A stretch of 32,000 nucleotides of DNA from Vibrio vulnificus CMCP6 (GTDB lineage: Bacteria > Pseudomonadota > Gammaproteobacteria > Enterobacterales > Vibrionaceae). Location of the stretch: the NCBI RefSeq assembly GCF_000039765.1, contig NC_004459.3:2631127-2663126 (forward strand). The letters run 5' to 3'. Below are positions 1-8,523 of the stretch, in pieces. Each line of letters begins with the position of its first letter. The first letter of the stretch is position 1. The position numbers and the translations under genes are program-made. The notes under the pieces are model-generated. The model was not told the origin of the DNA. It did no database searches and was given only the letters and a program-made list of their open reading frames with translations.

Positions 1-1
1 C

Positions 2-940
2 TACGGTTTACCGTGGCCATGCTGGGGCACTCCAGAAATGAAGCACCCGGGAACCCACATTCTTTACGATACATCGAAACCTGTTGCACAGGGTGGTGGT
101 ACCTTCCGTACACGTTTCGGCGTTGAGTTTGAAGGCAAGAGTCTGCTGGCCGATGGCAGCTACTCGAAAGACAGTGACATTCAAGATGGCTACCCAGAGT
201 TCAGTGACAAACTGCTAAAACAACTGGGTTGGTGGGACGATCTGACTGCAGAAGAGAAAGTGCTCGCGGAAGGCAAAAACTGGAAAACCGACCTTTCAGG
301 GGGTATCCAGCGTGTTGCCATCAAGCATGGCTGTATTCCTTTTGGTAACGGTAAAGCACGGACTATCGTGTGGGAGTTCCCAGATCGTGTGCCTCTGCAT
401 CGTGAGCCTCTTTACACGCCACGTCGTGATTTGATTGCCGATTACCCAACATGGGATGACGCAGCTTCAATCTACCGTCTGCCAACGCTGTATAAGTCGA
501 TTCAAGACCAAGATAAGTCGCAAGAGTATCCGATCATCCTCACTTCTGGCCGCTTGGTGGAATACGAAGGGGGCGGTGAAGAAACCCGTTCGAACCCTTG
601 GTTGGCAGAACTGCAGCAAGAAATGTTCGTGGAAGTAAACCCGAAAGACGCCAACGATTTGGGCTTCAAAGATGGCGACATGGTTTGGGTTGAAGGGGCA
701 GAGAAAGGCCGTATTCATGTTAAAGCCATGGTGACACGCCGTGTTAGACCAGGAATGGCATTCATTCCATTCCACTTTGGCGGCAAGTTCCAAGGTGAAG
801 ACTTACGCAACAAGTACCCAGAAGGTACGGATCCGTACGTGATTGGTGAATCAGCAAACATCGCCACCACCTACGGTTACGATCCTGTCACTCAGATGCA
901 GGAAACCAAAGTCACCCTCTGTAACATTCGTAAAGCGTAA
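2..940 (+). CDS. fdhA: Formate dehydrogenase catalytic (alpha, molybdopterin) subunit, C-terminal part; 5' end lies outside the window
   Basis: Frame is open from base 2 (YGLPWPCWGTPEMKHPGTH...) through the track ORF at 38. Molybdopterin dinucleotide-binding region motifs include PIILTSGRLVEYEGGGEETRSNPWLAELQ and the VEVNPKDANDLGFKDGDMV segment. Followed directly by Fe-S and cytochrome b subunits. Confidence 0.93.
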   Translation, partial: YGLPWPCWGTPEMKHPGTHILYDTSKPVAQGGGTFRTRFGVEFEGKSLLADGSYSKDSDIQDGYPEFSDKLLKQLGWWDDLTAEEKVLAEGKNWKTDLSGGIQRVAIKHGCIPFGNGKARTIVWEFPDRVPLHREPLYTPRRDLIADYPTWDDAASIYRLPTLYKSIQDQDKSQEYPIILTSGRLVEYEGGGEETRSNPWLAELQQEMFVEVNPKDANDLGFKDGDMVWVEGAEKGRIHVKAMVTRRVRPGMAFIPFHFGGKFQGEDLRNKYPEGTDPYVIGESANIATTYGYDPVTQMQETKVTLCNIRKA

Positions 941-951
941 GGAGTCTTGAA

Positions 952-1560
952 ATGGCTAGAATGAAATTCCTCTGCGACACCAAACGCTGCATCGAATGCA
1001 ACGGTTGTGTGACCGCTTGTAAAAATGAAAACGACGACGCATTAGAGTGGGGCATTCAGCGCCGCCGCGTTGTTACCTTGAACGATGGTGAACCGGGCGA
1101 AAACTCCATCTCAGTGGCCTGTATGCACTGTACCGATGCCCCTTGTATGGCGGTTTGTCCTGCAGACTGTTTTGAACATACCGAAGATGGCATTGTGCTC
1201 CACAACAAAGATCTGTGTATTGGTTGTGGTTACTGCCTGTTTGCTTGCCCATTTGGTGCGCCTCAGTTCCCGAAACAAGCCTCATTTGGCGAGCGTGGCA
1301 AAATGGACAAATGCACCTTCTGCGCCGGTGGTCCAAACACCGAACCGGGCTCAGAAGAAGAGCGTCTGAAGTATGGTGCCAACCGTATCGCAGAAGGCAA
1401 ACTGCCAATGTGTGCTTCGCTGTGTTCAACTAAGGCCCTCTTGGCAGGTGATGCAGAGAAAATCTCCGACATCTTCCGTCAACGTGTCGTGGAACGTGGT
1501 GCAAAAGAGGCCGGTTGGACCAACGGTGAAGATCTATCCTACGATGCAACTCGCAGCTAA
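952..1560 (+). CDS. fdh3B: Formate dehydrogenase iron-sulfur (beta) subunit, 4Fe-4S ferredoxin type
   Basis: Multiple CxxCxxCxxxC clusters (CIECNGCVTAC, CTDAPCMAVCPADC, CIGCGYCLFACPFG, CTFCAGG). Position between alpha and gamma subunits. Confidence 0.95.
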   Translation: MARMKFLCDTKRCIECNGCVTACKNENDDALEWGIQRRRVVTLNDGEPGENSISVACMHCTDAPCMAVCPADCFEHTEDGIVLHNKDLCIGCGYCLFACPFGAPQFPKQASFGERGKMDKCTFCAGGPNTEPGSEEERLKYGANRIAEGKLPMCASLCSTKALLAGDAEKISDIFRQRVVERGAKEAGWTNGEDLSYDATRS

Positions 1561-1574
1561 GTTTGGAGAGAGTC

Positions 1575-2633
1575 ATGTTACAAGCGCTTAAACGTGGTTC
1601 TCTTGCAGTACTGTCTTTTTGGACAGTACTGCTGTTGACCTTAAGCTTTACCACGGTGGCACAAGAAAAAGAGAACTCTGTCGATCAAACGGAAATGACG
1701 CAATTAGCCGGGGCCGATTTTTGGCGTCAAGTTAGGGCAGGTGAGGCGGGTTACACCACGTCGACCTTTCCTGAGCACGGCGTGCTTATCAGTACCCCAG
1801 GTCAAACTTGGTATCTGTTAAAAGAAAAATGGATGTCGCCTGCCGGAGCAATCGCCATTTTTGGCAGCATTGCGATGGTGATCATGGCGTATGTGTTTGT
1901 TGGCCCTTTGATGCTCAGCAAACCTCGCACAGGGAAAAAGATCAAACGCTGGTCACGATGGGATCGCGCGCTTCACTGGAGCATGGCGTTTACCTTTCTC
2001 ACCCTTGCGTTTAGCGGTTTGATGTTGGTGTATGGTAAGCACTTCTTAAAACCTTACGTTCCTTCTGAAATTTGGGGTTTTGTTATTCTGCTTGCCAAGC
2101 AATACCACAACTACATGGGGCCATTGTTCTTCATTTTGCTGACCTTTATCTTGCTGAAATGGTGGCGTAAATCCATTCCAACAATGACGGATGTACGTTG
2201 GTTTATGAAGCTCGGTGGCATGGTAGGCAAACACAAAGGCACCCATCCATCGGCAGGTTTTTCTAACGGTGGTGAGAAAGCGATCTACTGGTTATTGATT
2301 TTCTTTGGTGTGTTTGTCGCGGCCAGTGGCCTGATCCTAGATTTCCCAATCTTTGGTCAAACACGCCGTGATATGGAGCTTTCTAACCTTGTGCACATGA
2401 TTTCGGCTTTGATCCTTATCTGCGGATTTATCTTCCATATCTACATTGGCTTGTTTGGCATGGAAGGGGCACTCGAAGGCATGGTGACTGGTGAAGTGGA
2501 TGAAACATGGGCTAAAGAACATCATGATTTGTGGTATGCAGAAATGATGGAGAAAGAGCAGCAGAGCGGCTCTCAACCCTCTAGCACCAACGAGCAAGCG
2601 AAGGTAGGAGGTCATCGTGAACAAACCTCATAA
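1575..2633 (+). CDS. Formate dehydrogenase gamma subunit, cytochrome b556 family
   Basis: Multi-TM protein with RWDRALHWSMAFTFLTLAFSGL and HMISALILICGFIFHIYIG haem-ligand His segments. ATG at 1575 follows a ggagag Shine-Dalgarno; the track start at 1563 is a TTG. Confidence 0.92.
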   Translation: MLQALKRGSLAVLSFWTVLLLTLSFTTVAQEKENSVDQTEMTQLAGADFWRQVRAGEAGYTTSTFPEHGVLISTPGQTWYLLKEKWMSPAGAIAIFGSIAMVIMAYVFVGPLMLSKPRTGKKIKRWSRWDRALHWSMAFTFLTLAFSGLMLVYGKHFLKPYVPSEIWGFVILLAKQYHNYMGPLFFILLTFILLKWWRKSIPTMTDVRWFMKLGGMVGKHKGTHPSAGFSNGGEKAIYWLLIFFGVFVAASGLILDFPIFGQTRRDMELSNLVHMISALILICGFIFHIYIGLFGMEGALEGMVTGEVDETWAKEHHDLWYAEMMEKEQQSGSQPSSTNEQAKVGGHREQTS

Positions 2634-3045
2634 GGGTATTTGGATTGCTTACATCCTCAGCTGTTTAACACCATTTACTTTCTTACTCTCTGGTGTTATC
2701 GCGATTGTTTATGCAGGGTATCGATTGGATAAAAACCAAGATGGTGACGTTGTTAATTCACACTACTATGGATTAATTCGAACCTTCTTCCTTTATCTCA
2801 CGTTTTTCGTTGTCTTGATCGTCACCGTAGCAACCTCGAACGGTGTACTGGTCGGCGTCAGTGAATACTGGGTCAACAGTACGGTTTTGGACAATGTACT
2901 CAACAGCGTTGCCTACGCGATTCCCTACGTGGGTATGCTGTTTGCAGCGCTAGCGATATTGGTTTGGTTCTTGCGCATGTACCAAGGCATGGTTCAGCTA
3001 AGCAACAATCAACCGCATAGACCATCGACAGGTCCAAACTTATAG
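2617..3045 (+). CDS. Small multi-TM membrane protein, function uncertain, translationally overlapping the formate dehydrogenase gamma gene
   Basis: ORF of 142 aa with GTG start overlapping the upstream gene by 17 nt. About four predicted TM helices. Confidence 0.75.
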   Translation: MNKPHKGIWIAYILSCLTPFTFLLSGVIAIVYAGYRLDKNQDGDVVNSHYYGLIRTFFLYLTFFVVLIVTVATSNGVLVGVSEYWVNSTVLDNVLNSVAYAIPYVGMLFAALAILVWFLRMYQGMVQLSNNQPHRPSTGPNL

Positions 3046-3071
3046 AAAAGAGCAAACCGAGAAATAGCAAA

Positions 3072-3096
3072 ATCCCCTCAACTGAGGGGATTTTTT
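3072..3096. terminator. Intrinsic, probably bidirectional terminator between convergent genes
   Basis: AATCCCCTC-AACT-GAGGGGATT, a 9-bp stem followed by a T run. Confidence 0.8.
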
Positions 3097-4616
3097 CAAT
3101 GTCCTCCGCAATGATGCCAGATTTTTTGTGCACTCAACTCATACGTACCAGTAAGCTGTTCGGTCTTAAGGTACCGTTTTTCATCATCGCTATACCCAGA
3201 TTGTATCGCTACCAGTTCACTGAAAGACCCGGTACCAGCACACTTAAGGTACCCACCTTCTATGTGCGGGCTGACATCTCTGTCATCAATATCATACTCT
3301 CGTCCAAATCGATCGGTAACCACGAGTTTAGCGGTAAGATCGAAGGGCGCTTCAAGATCGTAAATGCCTGCAATTTCACCCAACAGAAAAGATCCCGCTG
3401 GCGGAATAGCAAGGCATTCTTGCACTTGAAGGTGATACGGCTGTTGGCCATCAGGTATGGTGAGCGGAATAAGTACAGGGTTCTTCTTGGAGACAACAAG
3501 TTCTCTCTCACTAGTGATATAAGGACTACCAGCATCTTCAACCGCTCGATAGTAGTTACCACATGCACCATAGAAATCGAAAAAATAATCTACGTTCGAT
3601 AAGCCACAATAGTCCCTGCTTTCTAAACTGTCGACAAAGGCAATTTTCGGTGGGCGATGCGCTTTCAAGTAGTTTTCTGAGTATTCGAAGCGAATATCAA
3701 ATAAGTAATCTTCCATTGCTGGAGATTTGACGCTATCCAGCGCTTTGTCTACCGCGTCTTTGATCATCTGTTTGGTTTGTTGATTGGTAAGATATATTTC
3801 CACCAATCCATGTCCCAAACTATCTTTATCGCTTGTCGGGATACTTATGTTTGGAAACGGTACTGAACCAATTCCAGTAAAGTTCAATCCGTTTATGACA
3901 TGATCTTTGTCCGATAGAATGTAGTCGCCGTTAAGCGTCGGAGAAGCGGGGGCAATATGGATAACTTTAATATTCGTTTCATCATAGCCCAAACGCTGAT
4001 TGACATAATGGAATGACTCATTTACCCAAAGGTTGCCCTGTGAATGGGCCAAATAAATCAGTTTTTTACCTTGCCAAGTCTGTGAGTCATTACGAAGACG
4101 ATGTTTCATTCGAACCTCGTCAGTGTTGATATCACTCCCCGCCAAAGACGCCAAACCTTCCAAAAACTCATGAATAATCTCGTTGATACCTCGGCTTAAG
4201 GTATCATTCACGAAGGCAAGGAAACCTTTTACTAGTGAGTCAATTTTTTTAATGATTGGGCTGTTATTTCTACCGCTTACGACATCCCAAAAAGCTTCCC
4301 ATCGCTCAAACTGCTTTTGCTCCAGCTCGTTAGTTCGTTGATCGAAGGTCTCAGCAAAGTCGGCTAGTACATCAATCCCCCTTTCTTTGTAATTGGAGTC
4401 GTTGTAGAACAGAGCGTATTCAACCGGTTGACCTCGATATTGTTGGATGGCAAGAGTACTTTTTATCTCTTTCAATCCCAAAGATGCTTCTTTTCGTGAG
4501 GTTGCAACTCCGTTAAAAAAAGCGATAGTGTAACCTTGAATTTGGCAAGAACTTGCTATTACTTCAGTCGACAGAAGAGATAGCAGTAATGGAGATAAAG
4601 CAAAATATTTACTCAC
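3096..4616 (-). CDS. Predicted secreted alpha/beta-hydrolase-like (lipase/esterase-like) protein
   Basis: N-terminal signal peptide (MSKYFALSPLLLSLLSTEVIASS). Nucleophile-elbow-like motif LIYLAHSQGNLWVN and a possible catalytic His in DSLGHGLVEIYL. GTG start overlaps the stop of the upstream lipoprotein gene. Confidence 0.7.
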   Translation of the reverse strand: MSKYFALSPLLLSLLSTEVIASSCQIQGYTIAFFNGVATSRKEASLGLKEIKSTLAIQQYRGQPVEYALFYNDSNYKERGIDVLADFAETFDQRTNELEQKQFERWEAFWDVVSGRNNSPIIKKIDSLVKGFLAFVNDTLSRGINEIIHEFLEGLASLAGSDINTDEVRMKHRLRNDSQTWQGKKLIYLAHSQGNLWVNESFHYVNQRLGYDETNIKVIHIAPASPTLNGDYILSDKDHVINGLNFTGIGSVPFPNISIPTSDKDSLGHGLVEIYLTNQQTKQMIKDAVDKALDSVKSPAMEDYLFDIRFEYSENYLKAHRPPKIAFVDSLESRDYCGLSNVDYFFDFYGACGNYYRAVEDAGSPYITSERELVVSKKNPVLIPLTIPDGQQPYHLQVQECLAIPPAGSFLLGEIAGIYDLEAPFDLTAKLVVTDRFGREYDIDDRDVSPHIEGGYLKCAGTGSFSELVAIQSGYSDDEKRYLKTEQLTGTYELSAQKIWHHCGGH

Positions 4617-5214
4617 AATATTTGGCCTCCGGATTCAGCAGTGTTCCCCCAGAGCCATTGAGTAATCGATTATAGGCAAGAAAAGCAAGTGTGCGTTCCT
4701 TAGTATTGTAGGTTAAGGCAGTGATCGTCCTAGACGTTTGAGTAATATCCCTTACTTGAACTCCAACAAATTCATAACACGCGATAACTTTAAAATCTTC
4801 TTTTGCTATTTCAAGCGCTTTGTGTTCATTTTCCTCTGTGTTATCACTAAAGTCATAGTGGAGATTTTCTTGAGTGCTTCTTGCGTCCTTTTTGAGAGCC
4901 TTACGAACAGGCTCTGTTACTTCTAACACATCAATAAACGCTTCGATATCATCTCGAATGCCATCTTGGTTAGTATCTGGTCCTGTCAACGAGTCAGAGC
5001 GATCTAACAAAGGCTCATAGCGTTCATAAATCACCGTTAGCTGGTCGTTAATGGTTTTCTGACTCTTTAGTGTTGCAATAAGCTCATCTGTTTTTTCAAT
5101 TTGAATGGATGGCGTTGCCGTAGCTGGGGAAGGTGATGTAGAGCGGCTTTCGCCGGATGAGTTACAACCAGCAACGCTGGCTACAACTAGCATTGTAATT
5201 AGAGTACGTGTCAT
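4609..5214 (-). CDS. Predicted lipoprotein (paralog 1) with a DTNQDGIRDD calcium-binding-like loop
   Basis: Lipobox-like MTRTLITMLVVASVAGCNSS. TGPDTNQDGIRDDIEAFID segment. Closely matches the 5344..5949 ORF. Confidence 0.8.
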   Translation of the reverse strand: MTRTLITMLVVASVAGCNSSGESRSTSPSPATATPSIQIEKTDELIATLKSQKTINDQLTVIYERYEPLLDRSDSLTGPDTNQDGIRDDIEAFIDVLEVTEPVRKALKKDARSTQENLHYDFSDNTEENEHKALEIAKEDFKVIACYEFVGVQVRDITQTSRTITALTYNTKERTLAFLAYNRLLNGSGGTLLNPEAKYCE

Positions 5215-5264
5215 TGTTATGCCTCAAGTAAACTAAGAAGCATGTAGTGTAAGTAGATGATTTT

Positions 5265-5283
5265 AATAATGATAATTATGATT
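5265..5283 (-). promoter_or_regulatory. Candidate Fur-box-like operator upstream of lipoprotein paralog 1
   Basis: Minus strand AATCATAATTATCATTATT matches the 19-bp Fur consensus GATAATGATAATCATTATC at 14 of 19 positions by hand. The local AT richness lowers its significance. Confidence 0.35.
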
Positions 5284-5343
5284 TTCTATAAGGAAATTAG
5301 AATTCGTTATTAACTAATTGAAGGCACAGTTGGTGCCAACTTC

Positions 5344-5949
5344 TCACTCACAATATTTTTCCTCTGGAGAAAGCAGCGTAGAGCCAGTGCCGCTCAACAA
5401 TCTGTTATATGCTAAGTAAGCTAAAGTTCTTGCCTTTGTGTTATACGTTAACGCTCTAACTGTTCGAGAAATTTGCGTACTATCCTCAACGGGAACTTTT
5501 AAATAGTCATAGCAAGCAAGAACCTTGTTATACTTCTCGGATATCTTATAAGAAAGCCTTTCATTTTCATCAGTGGCACTTTCAAAGTCGTGGCTGATAG
5601 CTTCTTGGCTATACCGAGCTTTTTGCTTAAGTACATTACGAACAGGCTCTGCTACTTCTAACGCATCAATAAACGCTTCGACGTCATCTCGAATGCCATC
5701 TTGGTTAGTATCTGGTCCTGTCAAGGAGTCAGAGCGATCTAACAAGGGCTCATAGCGCTCATAAATCACCATTAGCTGGTCGTTAATGGTTTTCTGACTC
5801 TTTAGTGTTGCAATCAGCTCATCTGTTTTTTCAATTTGAATGGATGGCGTTGCCGAAGCTGGGGAAGGGGATGTAGAACGGCTATCGTCGGATGAGTTGC
5901 AACCAGCAATGCTGGCTACAACTAGCATTGTCATTAGAGTGCGTGTCAT
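5344..5949 (-). CDS. Predicted lipoprotein (paralog 2), tandem duplicate of 4609..5214
   Basis: Lipobox-like MTRTLMTMLVVASIAGCNSS. Same TGPDTNQDGIRDD loop, same 201-aa length, same YCE C-terminus as paralog 1. Confidence 0.8.
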   Translation of the reverse strand: MTRTLMTMLVVASIAGCNSSDDSRSTSPSPASATPSIQIEKTDELIATLKSQKTINDQLMVIYERYEPLLDRSDSLTGPDTNQDGIRDDVEAFIDALEVAEPVRNVLKQKARYSQEAISHDFESATDENERLSYKISEKYNKVLACYDYLKVPVEDSTQISRTVRALTYNTKARTLAYLAYNRLLSGTGSTLLSPEEKYCE

Positions 5950-5999
5950 TGTTATGCCTCAAGTAAACTAAGAAGCATGCAGTGTAAGTAGATGATTTT

Positions 6000-6018
6000 A
6001 ATAATGATAATTATGATT
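6000..6018 (-). promoter_or_regulatory. Candidate Fur-box-like operator upstream of lipoprotein paralog 2
   Basis: Identical 19-mer to the one at 5265..5283, offset 735 bp. Confidence 0.35.
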
Positions 6019-6368
6019 TTCTATACCGTTATTAGTAGGTGTTATCGTGTTTGTATCAAAGCCGAATGATGGCATTTAACGTGAACCGATTGTTGTTGCA
6101 CGCAGAAGGTGCGCTTTCTTTTGGTGCAACTGAACTAATAAAGTGCACATTTACTTCAATTCAAGTTCTATCCCGAGCTAAGTATCGCTCTGCTAGTGAA
6201 ATAAATTACGTATATTCAATTGGATAGAATTTATTTATCAAATTGATAATAATTGGAATGCTCCTTGCTCTATCTCACATTCGACGTATTTTCTCACCAA
6301 CATGGTGATATCAAACTTTACTGATGCACAGGATAAGTGCACTACAAAAATAACGGAGAGATCGAATA

Positions 6369-7589
6369 ATGAGCGATACTGCCAGTCAGGTTCACGGAGC
6401 CGTTCAAACCCTGACACAAAGTTCAGACACCTTATTTTTATTGCTTGGCGCTATCATGGTGTTCCTTATGCACGCCGGATTCGCTTTCTTAGAAGTTGGA
6501 ACGGTGAGACATAAAAACCAAGTTAATGCCCTGGTTAAAATCTTAGCGGATTTTGGCATTTCCACTTTGGCGTACTTCTTTATCGGCTATTGGGTCGCCT
6601 ATGGGGCGCATTTTTTTGCCGATGCGGAAACGTTAGCTCAAGGTAACGGCTATGAGTTGGTGAAGTTCTTTTTCTTGCTGACCTTTGCTGCAGCCATTCC
6701 TGCCATTGTTTCGGGGGGTATTGCCGAGCGAGCGCGTTTTTATCCCGTTTTGATTGCGACATTCTTCACCGTGGGGATTGTCTATCCTCTGTTTGAGGGC
6801 ATTATTTGGAACGGAAATTTCGGTATTCAAGCTTGGTTTGAAGCCACCTTTGGTGTCGGTTTCCATGATTTCGCAGGATCTGTGGTTGTGCATGGTGTCG
6901 GAGGATGGATTGCACTGGTTGCGGTGATTTTCTTAGGCATGCGCCGAGGACGTGTGCGTGCAGGGAAACACACTAACTTTGCCCCTTCAAATATTCCTTT
7001 TCTCGCCTTAGGAGCGTGGATCCTGTGCGTCGGTTGGTTTGGGTTTAACGTGATGTCTGCACAAACACTGAATGGCATCAGTGGTTTGGTTGCAATGAAC
7101 TCACTGATGGCGATGGCGGGCGGGATTGTCGCCGCGCTCATCGCTGGCAAAAATGACCCGGGCTTTATTCACAACGGACCACTTGCAGGATTGGTCGCTG
7201 TGTGTGCAGGATCGGATCTCATGCATCCTCTTGGCGCTTTGGTGACGGGTTCGGTCGCCGGTGTTCTGTTTGTTTACTTGTTTACCTACTTGCAAAACAA
7301 AACCAAAATTGATGATGTGTTGGGTGTTTGGCCACTTCATGGTGTCTGTGGCGCTTGGGGCGGTATTGCAGCTGGCATCTTTGGCCAATCCTCACTCGGT
7401 GGGCTAGGGGGCGTCAGTTTCACCGTTCAGCTCTTGGGTACGCTTTTGGGCATTTCGGTTGCTCTGATTGGCGCTGGTATTGTCTATGGTGCGATTAACC
7501 GCCTCAGCGGCTTGCGACTCTCTCAAGAAGATGAATTTAATGGCGCAGACTTAGCTATTCATAAGATCTCTTCCGTTAACGCTGAGTAG
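6369..7589 (+). CDS. amtB: Ammonium transporter, Amt family
   Basis: DFAGSVVVHGVGGWIAL, VLGVWPLHGVCGAWGGIAAGIFG and ALGAWILCVGWFGFNVMSA are characteristic Amt motifs. Multi-TM protein of 406 aa. Confidence 0.95.
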   Translation: MSDTASQVHGAVQTLTQSSDTLFLLLGAIMVFLMHAGFAFLEVGTVRHKNQVNALVKILADFGISTLAYFFIGYWVAYGAHFFADAETLAQGNGYELVKFFFLLTFAAAIPAIVSGGIAERARFYPVLIATFFTVGIVYPLFEGIIWNGNFGIQAWFEATFGVGFHDFAGSVVVHGVGGWIALVAVIFLGMRRGRVRAGKHTNFAPSNIPFLALGAWILCVGWFGFNVMSAQTLNGISGLVAMNSLMAMAGGIVAALIAGKNDPGFIHNGPLAGLVAVCAGSDLMHPLGALVTGSVAGVLFVYLFTYLQNKTKIDDVLGVWPLHGVCGAWGGIAAGIFGQSSLGGLGGVSFTVQLLGTLLGISVALIGAGIVYGAINRLSGLRLSQEDEFNGADLAIHKISSVNAE

Positions 7590-7605
7590 AATCAAACTTC
7601 TTATA

Positions 7606-7635
7606 AGGGCGGCGGCATTGCGTCGCTCTTTTCTC
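7606..7635 (+). terminator. Probable intrinsic terminator after amtB
   Basis: AGGGCGGCG-GCATTG-CGTCGCTCT stem with two G-U wobbles, followed by TTTCTC. Confidence 0.5.
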
Positions 7636-7763
7636 TCCATTTTTGCCTTATCTCTCAAAACCGTATCTTACTCCGAATATTTAAGACTATGGTCTAATCC
7701 TCATAACTACTGTTGTTTTTCGTTCAGTGGTAAGCTGTGACAAAAGAACTACAAGGATAGGTT

Positions 7764-8501
7764 ATGAACTTCCCATATCGAAATATCGTCGTATTGACCG
7801 GAGCTGGAATTTCCGCAGAGTCAGGTATTCAAACCTTTCGAGCACAAGATGGACTGTGGGAAAACCATCGTATTGAAGATGTCGCAACTCCGGAAGGTTT
7901 CGCCAGAGACCCCGATTTAGTCCAAGACTTCTACAATCAACGTCGTAAAAAACTGCAAGACCCTAATATAGAACCGAATGCCGCACACCTCGCACTTGGC
8001 CGACTCGAAGCGGAGCTCGACGGTCAGGTAACGATCGTGACTCAGAACATCGATAATTTGCACGAACGTGGTGGTAACAAGAATATTATTCATATGCATG
8101 GTGAGTTGCTCAAATCTCGCTGCAGTGTCTCAAACCAAGTGATTGAGGAAACGGGGGATATTCTGACAGGGGATCTTTGTCATTGTTGCCAGATGCCATC
8201 GCAGATGCGTCCTCATGTTGTTTGGTTTGGTGAAATGCCTCTGAGAATGGGGGAGATATACTCAGCGTTAGAAACCGCCGACCTGTTTATCTCAATTGGC
8301 ACGTCCGGGGTGGTTTATCCCGCCGCCGGATTTGTCCATGACGCCAAAATGCACGGCGCACACACGATTGAAATTAACCTTGAACCCAGTGCGATCGAAA
8401 GTGAGTTTGTGGAAAAACGCTACGGTAAGGCGAGTGTTGAAGTGCCTAAGTTGGTCGAGGAGCTGCTTGCGCATTTAGAGAGTAACGTTGAAAGCGCATA
8501 A
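7764..8501 (+). CDS. cobB: NAD-dependent protein deacylase, sirtuin family
   Basis: [40 protein letters not shown] and [16 protein letters not shown] sirtuin motifs. Confidence 0.95.
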   Translation: MNFPYRNIVVLTGAGISAESGIQTFRAQDGLWENHRIEDVATPEGFARDPDLVQDFYNQRRKKLQDPNIEPNAAHLALGRLEAELDGQVTIVTQNIDNLHERGGNKNIIHMHGELLKSRCSVSNQVIEETGDILTGDLCHCCQMPSQMRPHVVWFGEMPLRMGEIYSALETADLFISIGTSGVVYPAAGFVHDAKMHGAHTIEINLEPSAIESEFVEKRYGKASVEVPKLVEELLAHLESNVESA

Positions 8502-8523
8502 TGCCCGTTGAAAGAAGGATCAA

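Larger units (their letters stand above)
4611..6025. repeat. Tandem duplication with a 735-bp offset covering the lipoprotein gene plus its upstream regulatory segment
   Basis: 5221..5290 and 5956..6025 (gcctcaagtaaactaagaagcatg[t/c]agtgtaagtagatgattttaataatgataattatgattttctata) differ by one base. Left boundary is shared actcacaatattt at 4611 and 5346. Right boundary is ctata|agg versus ctata|ccg. Confidence 0.85.

Noticed and set aside
467-793. Minus-strand 108-aa ORF and other antisense ORFs inside the formate dehydrogenase genes (435..638, 1073..1429, 1085..1369)
   Set aside because: They overlap strongly supported conserved genes in other frames and have no domain signals; shadow ORFs.
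3260-3602. Opposite-strand ORFs over the hydrolase gene (3099..3602 +, 3260..3571 -)
   Set aside because: Contained within the long, signal-peptide-bearing 506-aa ORF. No independent coding evidence.
5323-5337. GGCAC-AGTTG-GTGCC hairpin between the two lipoprotein genes
   Set aside because: Only a 5-bp stem with no T-run on the minus strand; too weak to call a terminator.
3096-5949. Calling the hydrolase/lipoprotein locus a confirmed T6SS effector-immunity module
   Set aside because: No VgrG, PAAR, DUF4123 or other T6SS gene is present in the window, and the hydrolase has a Sec signal peptide, unusual for a T6SS effector. It is kept only as a hypothesis for an enzyme with protective or chaperone lipoproteins.
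6095-6130. Inverted arms GTTGCAC / GTGCAAC considered as an integron attC site
   Set aside because: The right arm GTGCAAC does not fit the RYYYAAC core, no VCR-like sequence or cassette array is present, and no integrase is in the window.
6039-6227. 62-aa plus-strand ORF MLSCLYQSRMMAFNVNRLL...
   Set aside because: Short, no recognisable domain, and no clear ribosome-binding site. Not supported enough to call a gene.
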